Shown: positions 1-10,420 of the stretch, in pieces
Position numbering within the stretch: position 1 is the stretch's first letter
How the letters are laid out: each line of letters starts with the position of its first letter
Source: an uncultured virus (IMG/VR IMGVR_UViG_3300014043_000005)
Lineage: Duplodnaviria > Heunggongvirae > Uroviricota > Caudoviricetes
Virus record (IMG/VR): IMGVR_UViG_3300014043_000005
Strand: one strand, 5' to 3'
Length of the DNA: 64,000 nt
The notes under the pieces: model-generated
What the model saw: the letters and a program-made list of their open reading frames with translations, nothing else
Told to the model about the DNA's origin: nothing
Database searches by the model: none
Position numbers and translations under genes: made by a program

Positions 1-213
1 ATACAGGCGTTATAATTATCGGCTGCTTTGAATATTCTTGACGCGGCTGGACTAGCCGAGTCATTAAACGCCCGTAGAGGTGATGTAAGACGGAGGCTGG
101 CTTGCGCCAGCCGCAACGCTGACACCAATGATGCGGGAACCCACCGAACCATAAGCCTCCATTAAGGCGAACGGCGTAGGAATCCCACACCTTCAGGCGT
201 GGGAGGAAGTCAA
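1..213 (+). mobile_element. tnpB: 3' end of a tnpB gene and right end of an IS200/IS605-family element (cut by window edge)
   Basis: Translates ...NILDAAGLAESLNARRG, the same as the tnpB C-termini at 32390-32593 and ~59260-59310. Ends with the hairpin GGAATCCCACACCTTCAGGCGTGGGAGGAAGTCAA. Confidence 0.85.
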
Positions 214-337
214 GAAAAACGGATTACCAGATAACGCGCGCATTGTTCTGCTTTCATTGTTTTCATAGAGCGTGGATAAGCGGAAACTGACAGTGATGCA
301 ATCAGGGCATATTTCAACATATTTTCGCGTTAATGAA

Positions 338-480
338 AATCCGTGAGAATCGATGCCGTCCACAGAGCGCAGAATATTCGGCTCTGTGGACGGCTGTTTT
401 AATCGCAAATGATGAAAATCCGTTTTTCGATATGTTGCTCATGAAATGATGAAAATCGCCGTCAGAATTGAAATATGCGT
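338..480 (+). repeat. Dispersed ~140-bp palindrome-containing repeat, copy 1
   Basis: CCGTCCACAGAGC-N12-GCTCTGTGGACGG with conserved flanks (CCGTGAGAATCGATG..., TTTTCGAT..., AATCGCCGTCAGAATTGAAAT). Confidence 0.9.
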
Positions 481-689
481 TTTGCACTGTCGGAATATTC
501 TGAATCAGAATCCATGTTTTATGCATCCAATATATTCATCATACTGAATCAACAGAATACTTTTGTTTGATTTTGAACACAATGAATACATGAGCAAATG
601 TTAAAAAATGAACGCAATGAAATCAAAATCACCGGCGTGTCGCAGTTTTTTGAATCCATTGCGTTCAACATGAGTTCATTTCGTGCGTG

Positions 690-965
690 TTAGATTAGAT
701 GCGGTTCGCCATCATCGCTTGCAGGGCAAGTATCACCGGCACAATCACCACAATAACTTTCCTCGCACCTATCACAATAGCATTCACATTCACAGCAGAT
801 ATGATTATTACAACCATAGCATTCATAAATGCACTCAACGCAAACATGATTACCACATTCATCACACTTAAACGCAGTGGTATCACTGCCATCATATTCA
901 CAATCAGGGCACTGGCACGAGCCAGTGCAATCGCAATCCGTGATAATCAGTTCATCATCAGTCAT
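690..965 (-). CDS. Small Cys-rich (CxxC repeat) putative zinc-binding protein
   Basis: Many CxxC/CxC motifs. RBS GAAAGG before ATG 965 and a GACAC/TTGATT/TATACT promoter upstream. N-terminus resembles that of the 55083 CDS. Confidence 0.75.
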   Translation of the reverse strand: MTDDELIITDCDCTGSCQCPDCEYDGSDTTAFKCDECGNHVCVECIYECYGCNNHICCECECYCDRCEESYCGDCAGDTCPASDDGEPHLI

Positions 966-1002
966 TGTTCTTGCCTTTCGATATTTTTGATTGTATTTAA
1001 CA

Positions 1003-1045
1003 GTATACACTATACCATTCTTAAATCAAATGTCGGCGTGTCGCG
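1003..1045 (-). promoter_or_regulatory. GACAC-box sigma70-type promoter
   Basis: Minus strand reads GCGACACGCCGACAT-TTGATT-N16-TATACT. Confidence 0.65.
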
Positions 1046-1087
1046 AACATGTTAAACCACATATTTGCGAAATTATGAATCGTTATT

Positions 1088-1230
1088 TCCGTGAGAATCG
1101 ATGCCGTCCACAGAGCGCGTAATATTGCGCTCTGTGGACGAGCGCTTTAACCTAAATGATGAAAACCATGCTTTACGGAGGAGAACCAACACGAAATCAT
1201 GAAAACCGCCGCCAGATTTGAAATATGCGT
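1088..1230 (+). repeat. Dispersed palindrome-containing repeat, copy 2
   Basis: CGTCCACAGAGCGC-GTAATATT-GCGCTCTGTGGACG with flanks like copy 1. Confidence 0.9.
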
Positions 1231-1268
1231 GATGATTACATTGGAATCATTCTGATATCATTGACTGC

Positions 1269-2060
1269 ATGTTGACAACACCATTGAATCCAGCCCCGAT
1301 AACGAATCATGATAAAGGCACGCCGATTGAAACCTCAATCCAGAAGGAAGCCGCAACCGTGACTTCACCGAAAGCATATGAAGTCAGACATGTGAACAGG
1401 AATGAAATCAAGGAATTCATTGAAACATGGCATTATTCACATTCCATCAACGGTTTGAGCGCGACTCATTGTTTCGGTTTATACTATAAGAATGTTCTCA
1501 TTGGAGGCATGATTTACGGTCGGATGGCAATGAAAGGGCAGTCGGTGAAATATCAGGATACGCAGGTTCGTGATGCCGTGAAAGCTGGCATCATCACTGA
1601 AACCGATGCTGACATGACAGTTATTGAACTGCGTCGGCTTGCCTGCATTGATGATACTGCACGCAACACCGAATCATATTTCATCAGCAGGACATTGAAA
1701 TGGCTGAAACATCACACGACCATCCGCACCGTGGTTTCATATGCGGACACGTATTATGGTCATCAGGGAATCATTTATCAAGCCGCGAATTTCCAGCTTC
1801 TCGGTCAAACCGCAGTCGGCAGGATAATAGAACGGACTCATGCTGATGACAATGGGAACATGATAACTGAACATTATCATGACCATGCCATCAGGACGAA
1901 ATATAACGGTGAGCTGAAACCATTCGCACGCAGGTTGAAAACAGCACTTGAGAACGGTGAAGCGCATTATGTGATGACACCAGGTAAGAACATTTATGGA
2001 TACAGGCTCAAACCAGTGGATTCATCGTTCATGCCGGATAATGGTTTGTTCACGGAATGA
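1269..2060 (+). CDS. Mom-family (GNAT-like) DNA adenine modification protein
   Basis: Motifs WHYSH, FGLY, ELRRLAC, RNTESYFISRTL, VVSYAD, GHQGIIYQAANF are typical of phage Mu Mom-like proteins. The start may lie downstream. Confidence 0.75.
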   Translation: MLTTPLNPAPITNHDKGTPIETSIQKEAATVTSPKAYEVRHVNRNEIKEFIETWHYSHSINGLSATHCFGLYYKNVLIGGMIYGRMAMKGQSVKYQDTQVRDAVKAGIITETDADMTVIELRRLACIDDTARNTESYFISRTLKWLKHHTTIRTVVSYADTYYGHQGIIYQAANFQLLGQTAVGRIIERTHADDNGNMITEHYHDHAIRTKYNGELKPFARRLKTALENGEAHYVMTPGKNIYGYRLKPVDSSFMPDNGLFTE

Positions 2061-2687
2061 TGCTGGCATTGCATTCATGCTCATACTATCATTACGAACA
2101 TGAAAACGCATGTCAACATTATGATTTGAATGAACTGGAACCGCAGGAACGCGACTCGCTCATGTTCACACTGGGAACATTATCCGGTGATAGGGCATGA
2201 GATGTTGCAATGGATTACTGATATGATGTCATTTCAATCATCAGGAAAGTATTCACTGAGGTTTCAATGGGGACATCAGTGAATCAGGATTTGTTTGATT
2301 TCTATTTGAATCTGCCGAATAATGGTGATGTCGAATGGGAACCGTGCTGTTCCATGATTTGCGTCCTGATGTTGAACGCACTGAATGCATGTGGCATCTC
2401 ATTGGTTACATGCTGATCATGCCGGAATATTTGAAATGATAATATTCACTGAGCGAAACAGGCGACTGACGGAGCAACATGTCCATCTTTTTTTATACTA
2501 TGATGTAAGATGTTCACAAATGAATACAATAATGATAATGGCATGGAAACCATGATTATCGGTTTTCATGCCATTATCCTTCGTCCATGAGCGCATTGTA
2601 TTCAATGGCTTTCACAGTACTATTCCAGCCATAGTTCATGAGTTTAATGACACTCATGAATGCAATGCTCGCATGGTGTCAGTGGAA

Positions 2688-2762
2688 TGGTTTCAATGCA
2701 GGGATTCGAACCCTGACCTCCATGCTTTCGACATGGCATGCTGCCATTGACACCACATGACC
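2688..2762 (-). tRNA. tRNA-like gene or pseudo-tRNA (GAA triplet in anticodon loop, imperfect acceptor stem)
   Basis: 75 nt: GGTCATG-TG-GTGTCAATGGCAGCAT-G-CCATG-TCGAAAG-CATGG-AGGT-CAGGG-TTCGAAT-CCCTG-CATTGAAA-CCA. Perfect T arm and anticodon stem. Upstream TTGACA-N18-TATCAT promoter. Confidence 0.65.
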
Positions 2763-3456
2763 TTTTCCATCGGACATGTTATCAATGATAACATATGAAA
2801 ACAAATATTGTCAACATGCATTCACCGGGCAGAATAATGATGACATGCAATCATGTTTAAAACAATGATTGCAAACCAGTCCATCCGGTCGGCATATTCA
2901 TAATACTGACAATGATGCACACGGGAAACACGGTGTTCATGATTCCAATGCGTGGCATGACTGTTATGAAACGATTCACGGGTAATGTCCTCATTCCGGT
3001 CATCGTTGCAATGATTCTCATTCTCGGCCAAGGATATGCGCTCATGCAATCATATGGCGCGATGATAATGCCTGATGCGGATATGCACGCGCAATAAACT
3101 TACGCGATTCCGCGCCCGTTCAATATTGATTATTTCACTCGCGCCGGTTTACCTGGTTTCATTCCAATGGTTCCTAGGTTCATCCTCGCATCATTCATCA
3201 TCAAAATGTTAACATTGTTTACAATTTTAACACATTCTATTAACATGAAATAATGGCATGAGATGGTTTAATTTTTTCTGTTCCGTGCCATTTATTATTT
3301 CATTTCATATTCATGCATTCATCATGCACACAGAATGTTCGCATTATCATGCGGCGAACCGGATTCCGCGTTATGACGGGCTATGATGAACCATATGGAC
3401 GGCAACAGCTCCGCAAGCCGTGTTCATATGCTTGCGGGGCTGTTTTCATGGTTCAT

Positions 3457-3780
3457 TCAGGCTTCAACCAGTTCCCATCGGTCTCCGGCCTTTTCATCGA
3501 ATTCACCAAGTCGGAAACCGTATGCGGCGAGTCTGCTGTCCGCCGTCGCCTCCCATTCGTCCTCATCCTCGCCGTATATGTCTTCGACTCGTTCGGCGTC
3601 GGAGTGGGAATCGCCGCGTCCCAAGTTGATGAGCCATTGGGAGGGGTTTGCTCCCATCCAGATGCCGTTGCCGGTGCGGGCATCGACGATGAGAAGCGTG
3701 TCGTATGTGTCGCTTCCGTATACGGCGACCGGCTGGACGGCAACGGTCTCGTTGGTGTGGATGTCAAGTGCGGTGAACAT
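3457..3780 (-). CDS. Hypothetical acidic protein
   Basis: RBS GAAAGGA before ATG 3780. GACAC-TTGATT-N17-TATCAT promoter upstream. Higher GC than the surroundings. Confidence 0.7.
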   Translation of the reverse strand: MFTALDIHTNETVAVQPVAVYGSDTYDTLLIVDARTGNGIWMGANPSQWLINLGRGDSHSDAERVEDIYGEDEDEWEATADSRLAAYGFRLGEFDEKAGDRWELVEA

Positions 3781-3820
3781 TTCTTTTCCTTTCGGGCTTT
3801 TCGTTTTGCTTGATGATTTG

Positions 3821-3863
3821 ATGATACGGCAAGCGCCGTATGAAATCAACTTCGGCGTGTCGC
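3821..3863 (-). promoter_or_regulatory. GACAC-box promoter
   Basis: GCGACACGCCGAAG-TTGATT-N17-TATCAT. Confidence 0.65.
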
Positions 3864-4263
3864 GCGTTCCGTCATCGGATTGGAGCCATAAAAGCCACTG
3901 CTCAGAGCAATCCTGATTACAGCCTGCTGTCATGGAATCATGCCGCCGCGACCTGTAATCACGCGATACGGGCTATGGACAGGGATGAGATTTGCCCGTA
4001 ATGGGATGGATGTTAGCATTGCTGGCATTCATATGGCAGTGTTTCGTCAGGCGTGACGGATTACATACGGTCATGCAGTGGCGAATGCTCACGAGATTGT
4101 AGGCGATTACTACTACGATTTCATGGTTTCATGGGCTGCGGTTCGTATGAGGATTGAGTAGGCATATGTGCTTGTTGCCATCATGGTTTCGGGGACTGAG
4201 TCCCGTCCTGTCTTCATGGATGCCGATGATATGGCGGCTGGGATTGTAGGCATGTTCGCATTA

Positions 4264-4512
4264 TCACCATCCGCCGCTGAAACCGCCACCGGAACTTGAA
4301 CCACCCGAATAACTACTGGAACTGCTTGAATAATCGCTGCTGAAACCGCCTGATGAATAACCTCTGCTGAACCCACCGGATGATGAACTGGAACTACTAT
4401 GATATTCAGGTTCCTGATATGAACTGTCATTCGCGATGTTATCATGTGAATACACTGAATTCATCCATGCAAGTGCCATGCTGGTATTATAATGATTGCG
4501 ATATGTTTTCAT
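4264..4512 (-). pseudogene. Ser/Gly-rich C-terminal fragment (DUF2207/TPM-like tail ending GGGFSGGW)
   Basis: SSSSSSSGGFS...GGGFSGGW tail with no recognisable N-terminal domain. Confidence 0.45.
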
Positions 4513-4607
4513 GAAATCATTGTTATCACGCAGATGTTCCTTGAATTTATAATTCTTGAACCTGTTAGGTGTGTCAGTTTGTTTCTGAGAGGAGCTGAAT
4601 TAGATTA

Positions 4608-4643
4608 AAAAGGAACGGATTCTCATTGAATCCGTTCCTTTTT
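4608..4643. terminator. Intrinsic terminator, possibly bidirectional
   Basis: AAAAGGAACGGAT-loop-ATCCGTTCCTTTT. Confidence 0.7.
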
Positions 4644-4689
4644 ATTAAATCCATTTCCAATGTTCACATATTGTATTCAAATGCGTTCA

Positions 4690-5040
4690 TCAGATTGCGT
4701 CCACCGGGAAGATGATGGAACCAGCGGCTTTCGCAACCTTCATTTTCGCGCTGGGACTGTTCACATCACCGAACACGATGGTGTCAGAGGTGAAATGAGC
4801 GGGGTTGTTATCGAACTTGCCGCCATGCTCATTCACGAACTGCTCGAACTCAGCGCGATTACGCATTCCGGCGGGGCGGCGACCGGTGATGGCGACATGG
4901 CGACCCTTGATGAGCGCGATGATGTTCGTACCATCAGCGATTGCTTCCATTCGCGCTTCCACCGGCGCGGTCTTCTCAACGGTTTCCAGCGCCTTGTTGA
5001 AACCCTTGAACTCATAGTTTCCATAAGTTGCAGCGACCAT
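4690..5040 (-). CDS. Stand-alone BRCT-domain protein
   Basis: KGRHVAITG...RAEFEQFVNEHGGK...SAKMKVAKAAG resembles the BRCT of NAD-dependent ligases. RBS GAAAGGA. Confidence 0.65.
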   Translation of the reverse strand: MVAATYGNYEFKGFNKALETVEKTAPVEARMEAIADGTNIIALIKGRHVAITGRRPAGMRNRAEFEQFVNEHGGKFDNNPAHFTSDTIVFGDVNSPSAKMKVAKAAGSIIFPVDAI

Positions 5041-5107
5041 AATCCGTTTCCTTTCATCATGGAATCAAATGTTTTCGTCTGGTTCCTCGTTTTTGTTTGT
5101 TGATTAC

Positions 5108-5152
5108 ATCATAGCATAATCACAGTATTAATCAAATTATCGGCGTGTCGCG
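5108..5152 (-). promoter_or_regulatory. GACAC-box promoter with extended -10
   Basis: GCGACACGCCGATAAT-TTGATT-N16-TATGAT, with TG at the extended -10 position. Confidence 0.65.
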
Positions 5153-5170
5153 AATGCGTTCAATGTCTCC

Positions 5171-6100
5171 TCATTCATAATCCGGTTTCCTGTCGTTCAC
5201 AGTGATGATGTCCTTCCTCATGAGTTCCCAGCATGTTCCTTGAATGAACGCAGGTGAATCCAATGATGTCAAATCATTCGCATCACACAGGCAATGTTCC
5301 CATGAATCCATGATTTCAACCATGGTTAGTTCATCCATCCTGTCAAACCATTCATCCCATTGCCTGCCAGTCCATTGTCCTGATTCAGTGTAATCCGGTA
5401 TTGCGGAATGGTTCAGCATTCCATTCCATGCGTCAAAATCAGTTAACAGGATTCTGCTGTCATCAATGCGTGCATGAATCAAATCATAATCCTTGAAATT
5501 ACGGAATTCCATGAGTCGCCGGTCAGGTTTCCCTGTATCCATTGAATGCACCGTGCATGGCTCACCGGTTGTCTTGTCAAAATCGCTCCATTTCGCATAG
5601 AACCATAATGGTGTGATTGAACCAGATACCGCTGGTTCAGTCCAATAATCATCATTGAATGAACATGATGAGCACATTGTGTTCATGGAATCATTCAATG
5701 ACTGTTCTAATGGTATTCCAGTGCCATCATGATAGATTGTTCGTATTTCATTTGATAGCGCGTCAGAGTGCCGTTTAATCGCGTTCATTGGATTGATTCC
5801 ATGTGAATGCATCATGTTCATGAGCCATTCATAAGCGGGTTTGAACATCCTGCGAACCGACTTATTGTCATCCGCATCAACATTCCCGCTCCCGTTCATC
5901 ATGTGCTTGTCATCACCGATGAATGGACTCATGCTGGCATCAGCCGTGTACATGCCATCATTCAGTATCATATCACGGACATCATGCCAGTATTGGAATG
6001 TCCACAGGTCAATCATCATGTAATCAATGATAGCAGTATGATTCATATTATTGACATTATGTTTTGATATGAATGATGTTAAATCATGTTCGCATTGCAT
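5171..6100 (-). CDS. DUF3841-like protein
   Basis: LWTFQ, AYEWLM, PLWFYAKW, LLTDFDAWNGMLN, SWE and IQGTCWEL motif series. Confidence 0.6.
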   Translation of the reverse strand: MQCEHDLTSFISKHNVNNMNHTAIIDYMMIDLWTFQYWHDVRDMILNDGMYTADASMSPFIGDDKHMMNGSGNVDADDNKSVRRMFKPAYEWLMNMMHSHGINPMNAIKRHSDALSNEIRTIYHDGTGIPLEQSLNDSMNTMCSSCSFNDDYWTEPAVSGSITPLWFYAKWSDFDKTTGEPCTVHSMDTGKPDRRLMEFRNFKDYDLIHARIDDSRILLTDFDAWNGMLNHSAIPDYTESGQWTGRQWDEWFDRMDELTMVEIMDSWEHCLCDANDLTSLDSPAFIQGTCWELMRKDIITVNDRKPDYE

Positions 6101-6187
6101 TCATTCCAATGAGCGTTTCCGGCGTATCGCGGTATGGTTGTCATGCTATCAATCGTAAGCGCTTACGGAAAACACGGGAAAGGATTC

Positions 6188-6481
6188 ATGATGACGGAAA
6201 CCATGACTGATTATGATGGATTGAGCATGCTCATGCATACAGGCGCGGACTTGCTCATGTTTGAACTGAATGAAGAACGTAATCCTTTCCGTATCCTATG
6301 CATACTATTGCTTATCGCCGGTTTCAAACTAACCGGAATGCTCATCAACGAGAATATGAATGCGAATCATGTGAACATTATACGCAAGGCGCTCATTAAA
6401 CTGAGTGAATCGGTGTGGCGTCTCGTGAATCGCACCAATACTACTGTTCCCGCGCCTGTCATGTCCGTTATCGCCGCTTGA
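6188..6481 (+). CDS. Hypothetical protein
   Basis: ACACGGGAAAGGA leader/RBS before ATG 6188. Confidence 0.5.
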   Translation: MMTETMTDYDGLSMLMHTGADLLMFELNEERNPFRILCILLLIAGFKLTGMLINENMNANHVNIIRKALIKLSESVWRLVNRTNTTVPAPVMSVIAA

Positions 6482-6498
6482 TTAAAACTCATATGCGT

Positions 6499-7656
6499 TT
6501 ATTTGCCATCGTTCACATTCGCTGTTTTCAATTGCATCCATCTGTAAGCATCCAAACCAGCTTTCAAACGCGCTGGATATGATTCCACTGGATTCGCCGG
6601 GCGCACGAAACCGGCAAGGAAATGCCATGATGCCATGCGCACATCCCTGTCGGCATTGAATGCATCCAAACCCGCTTGCCCGTTCGCGCCGACATTACCA
6701 GTGAAATCCAATGGTTCACGCCATGAGTTCACATCATCAATTTCCAGCATCAGATACTCGACTTGCGTGTTTAAATCATCCCATTTCTCCTGTTTGCCAT
6801 CCGCGTAATCCAGATAAGCGATTGCTCGTGAACCAGTCCATTGCAACAGTCCGATTCCATGCGCACCGGTCTGAACCCATGCGCGCACTGCATCATTCGG
6901 ACAATTCTCACTCTCTCCATGCTCATAGACCTTACAGCCATCAGGATTAGTTCCATCAGTGCGTTCCAACGCAGTCGGATTCCCCTTGCTTTCACCATAC
7001 ACGACACCGATGATGGCGGCGGCATGAGTCGCATCCAAACCATGCAGGTTCATCATTATGCTGGCAAATGCCTGCATGTGCTCATCATCCATTGCCGTCG
7101 GTTTCACTATCGTTTTCGTTATGGTTTTCACAATCGGATTCGCATCCCTGTACAAGCCCTCACGGAACCTCCCGATTTTATAGGAAGCGTAACAACCGGC
7201 GATGATGAACACTATTATCATAATGTTGGCAATCACCCGGCGCATTATCCATCCGCATCCATGCTGTTTCCCTGCGTCCAATGATTCCATGTCAGCATAA
7301 TCCGTAAATGCGCTCACGCCGGATGATGAATTATCATTCGGCTGAACATTCATACTATGATGATTGTTCACATTGGAATCAATCACATTCATCTCATCAT
7401 GGACTTGATTATGCTTATTGGAACCGGTATGATTCAGATTCATGCGTGCATTGACTGCATCATGCTTATCATTAACCGGTTTGGCGGTATTATCCTGCAT
7501 TCCAGTATTATCATGCTCATTGGATGCATTGTCATGTTGTTCATTGGATGCATTGCGCGTCTTTAAAACCGGTATGACTGGAATGGCGGCATTATGTGAT
7601 TGCGATACCTGATTATCATCTACATCAATAAGGAACGGGTTATCATCAATTCTCAT
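6499..7656 (-). CDS. Membrane-anchored phage-tail-lysozyme-like (Phage_lysozyme2) peptidoglycan hydrolase
   Basis: Asn-rich N-terminus, one TM helix, then AAAIIG..ES.GNP, GIGLLQWTGSR, QVEYL and F.RPA motifs. Confidence 0.75.
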   Translation of the reverse strand: MRIDDNPFLIDVDDNQVSQSHNAAIPVIPVLKTRNASNEQHDNASNEHDNTGMQDNTAKPVNDKHDAVNARMNLNHTGSNKHNQVHDEMNVIDSNVNNHHSMNVQPNDNSSSGVSAFTDYADMESLDAGKQHGCGWIMRRVIANIMIIVFIIAGCYASYKIGRFREGLYRDANPIVKTITKTIVKPTAMDDEHMQAFASIMMNLHGLDATHAAAIIGVVYGESKGNPTALERTDGTNPDGCKVYEHGESENCPNDAVRAWVQTGAHGIGLLQWTGSRAIAYLDYADGKQEKWDDLNTQVEYLMLEIDDVNSWREPLDFTGNVGANGQAGLDAFNADRDVRMASWHFLAGFVRPANPVESYPARLKAGLDAYRWMQLKTANVNDGK

Positions 7657-7700
7657 GACATTATACGCTTCTAATCAAATCGACTATTCCACCGACAAGT

Positions 7701-7982
7701 TCAATCGCACCACCGGCAGTGGTGCGGCTTTTTCCCAGCATGGTTTTTATTCTTTTCCCGCCTGCCCAGCATGAACCCAATGAACCCGGTGATGATGAAC
7801 AACGCAGAACAGTCGATAATATCGACTAATATTATGTTGTTAACAGCGTATTCAAGAACAGCATTATAGAATACATATGCGGCAATTATGTACATGATGA
7901 TTCCAATGATACGCAGAGGCCATCTTAGCGCGGCGCGTATTGTATTCCATATGAGTCCAGCGGATGGTTTCGCTTTACGCAT
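7701..7982 (-). CDS. Small two-TM membrane protein
   Basis: Two hydrophobic segments and a basic tail. Start uncertain. Confidence 0.5.
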   Translation of the reverse strand: MRKAKPSAGLIWNTIRAALRWPLRIIGIIMYIIAAYVFYNAVLEYAVNNIILVDIIDCSALFIITGFIGFMLGRREKNKNHAGKKPHHCRWCD

Positions 7983-8501
7983 AATGATTGCATTGGAACC
8001 GGTTTCACTGATAGTATGATAATCATGTTTAACAGAATCCATGCTAATTAATATCGGCATGCAATCATCACAGTTGAACACGCTGATGACAATGGAATCG
8101 AAAATAGCGTGCGCATACAAATGTACGGGGATGATTTCCTGTTGACGGGTTTCACTGAACGTTCCCTTGGACTTGCAATCATGAGATTGTATGATGTCAT
8201 GGAATCATTGCAATCAGAACATTTAAACCAGTCGGATGAGCGAGCGATAAGATTTCATTGATAACATGAACAGTTATGAGTCCGCGAAACTCATCACCGG
8301 TGAGAATCCTTAGAACATGCGTTCAGTGAATACAATTACCACTTAGTCCAATAAAAATGGAAACCGGAATAGCGAAACCAATCATTGTTCCGGTTTCTTC
8401 TGTTAACATGAATGCATATGAGCACATTCATGCGACGCGCCGGATAATGGTAATAATCATAATAATATGATACAATCATCATATCACAGGAAAGGAAAAC
8501 A

Positions 8502-8852
8502 ATGAACATGAACGCATACTGGAACAGGCAAAAGAACATCATTCACACCGCGACGCATAGGAATGATGATAATCCAACGACAATAAGTTCATATGATTAC
8601 AATGCGGATAAGGGCTGGCTTGTCGGCGTATTCAACAAGGGTGAAATCCGGCAACGATTCGATGTCCAATGCGTCCGCATGGCAATGGCTGCATTGAACG
8701 CAGCGAATGCCGGTGTGAACGGGCGAGTGCATAATGTCCACATGGAAACGGATGATAATGGGAACACCATCATTCATGTGTCCGATGATAGTATTCCAAT
8801 GACTGCGATTGAACGCGCGTATTATGTCCGCCGTTTCATCCTCGGACACTGA
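8502..8852 (+). CDS. Hypothetical protein
   Basis: RBS GAAAGGA. GCGACGCGCCGG box and TGnTACAAT upstream. Confidence 0.65.
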   Translation: MNMNAYWNRQKNIIHTATHRNDDNPTTISSYDYNADKGWLVGVFNKGEIRQRFDVQCVRMAMAALNAANAGVNGRVHNVHMETDDNGNTIIHVSDDSIPMTAIERAYYVRRFILGH

Positions 8853-8867
8853 GATATTATTTTCAAT

Positions 8868-10266
8868 TTGACTTTCTCCCCACGTTTAAATCCGGGGGAT
8901 TCTGTATCTCACGATACAGGTTTCCTGCTCACGCCCTGACTGCTGGTGTACAGTGGGGTAGATTAATGATTTCAGGCGCGTCATACCATGCGATAGGCAT
9001 GGTATGACTTACCGCTAGTCCAGCGGTAAGAATATTCACAGCAGCATTCACATCACGGTCCAAATGAGCGCGACAACGCGGGCAAACCCACGACCTATCA
9101 GCGAGTGTTAAATCATGATTCTGATAACCACAATGCGAGCATAACTGCGAACTTGGGTAAAACCTACTCGCATGAATCACCTCACGACCATACCATGAGG
9201 CTTTATACAACAGCATGTGGTTGAACTCATACCATGATGCATCCAGTATGGATTTAGCCAAACCGGAATGCGCTGCCTGACCATTCCTGGTGAACGAACC
9301 ATCATCACTCATAACTGGTTCAACGCGCTTAACCATATTACGAACAGTTAGTGTTTCAAGGCAAATCACTTGATTATCATGAATCAGCCTTGTTGTCAGC
9401 TTCTGCAACCAGTCAGTGCGTTGATTCCGAGTATGCTCATGTAAACGAGCGATTTTCACACGCTGCTTCTCATAATTCCTGCCTTTCGGTTTCCTCCGTG
9501 ATAGTTTCCGTTGCTCACGAGCGAGTTTATCCTCATTCGCGCGATACCATTTAGGGTTCTCAACCTTCTCACCATCACTGGTTATAGCGTAATCCTTAAC
9601 ACCGAGATCAATCCCAATTACCTTATCAGTTTTTGGTAATTCCGGGATGTCCTCAACTGTGAGCAGGCTAATGAACCATTTACCAGAGGGTGTAAGCGTA
9701 ATGGTAACACTGTTAACAACAGCATTCCTCCTCAGCGTGCGCGACCACCGGATAACCAGGGGTTCACTCATTTTAGCAAGTTTCAGCGTGTGTTTCCTGT
9801 TATCATAAGTGAATGCGTTACTCATGAAAGTGGCGCTGCCACCATTCGCCTTACGCTTGAACCGGGGGTAACCAGCACCGGTTTTACGCATGTTCTTGAA
9901 TGCAGCGTTCAAATGACGAATGGATTGCTGCAGTGGAACGCTGCTCACCTCACGTAGGAAAGCGTAATCCTCATCCTTCTTCATTGAAGTGAGGTTCGCG
10001 TTCAGATTCACTTTCTCGTTCTCCGCACGGTTCATTATCCGTTCAAGACTCTTATTCCACACGAGACGCGTACAACCCACAGTGCGACGCAGCAGCTCCT
10101 CCTGTGTCGCGTCCGGGTAAAACCGGAACTTATACGCGCGTTCGTGTGTTATCATATTATCCATGTTATCATATGATTCACGTTCACGCAAGTTAGTTTG
10201 TTAACATTATGTTAACAGGTTGCTTATATCACCGTATCTGAAGATAGGGGGATTACGCAGCATTTG
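8868..10266 (-). mobile_element. TnpB-only IS200/IS605-family (IS1341-like) element
   Basis: Left-end hairpin after TTTAT|CAAATG (minus strand). Right-end hairpin ending GGGGAGAAAGTCAA. No tnpA. Confidence 0.85.
8929..10191 (-). CDS. tnpB: RNA-guided endonuclease TnpB (probable start ~10155, MITHERAYKFRFYP)
   Basis: HTH AYKFRFYP, RuvC GIDLG / ETL / DRD, zinc finger CSHC...CPRC. Confidence 0.93.
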   Translation of the reverse strand: MRERESYDNMDNMITHERAYKFRFYPDATQEELLRRTVGCTRLVWNKSLERIMNRAENEKVNLNANLTSMKKDEDYAFLREVSSVPLQQSIRHLNAAFKNMRKTGAGYPRFKRKANGGSATFMSNAFTYDNRKHTLKLAKMSEPLVIRWSRTLRRNAVVNSVTITLTPSGKWFISLLTVEDIPELPKTDKVIGIDLGVKDYAITSDGEKVENPKWYRANEDKLAREQRKLSRRKPKGRNYEKQRVKIARLHEHTRNQRTDWLQKLTTRLIHDNQVICLETLTVRNMVKRVEPVMSDDGSFTRNGQAAHSGLAKSILDASWYEFNHMLLYKASWYGREVIHASRFYPSSQLCSHCGYQNHDLTLADRSWVCPRCRAHLDRDVNAAVNILTAGLAVSHTMPIAWYDAPEIINLPHCTPAVRA

Positions 10267-10268
10267 AT

Positions 10269-10305
10269 AAAAATAGTCATCCGATAACGCCGGATGACTA
10301 TTTTT
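10269..10305. terminator. Bidirectional intrinsic terminator
   Basis: AAAAATAGTCATCCG-N7-CGGATGACTATTTTT. Confidence 0.7.
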
Positions 10306-10420
10306 ATTCTATAATTATTCGTGAAAAATGCCAGCATATTTTACGCGCCACGCCGATAATTTAACTTTCATGATTATCATTATTAGCATGTAATCAATGA
10401 TTGCATGAAAGGATGACACG

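Noticed and set aside
6499..7656. Lysozyme as proof of a phage virion module
   Set aside because: It has a TM anchor and no neighbouring structural genes, and this domain also occurs in conjugative elements.
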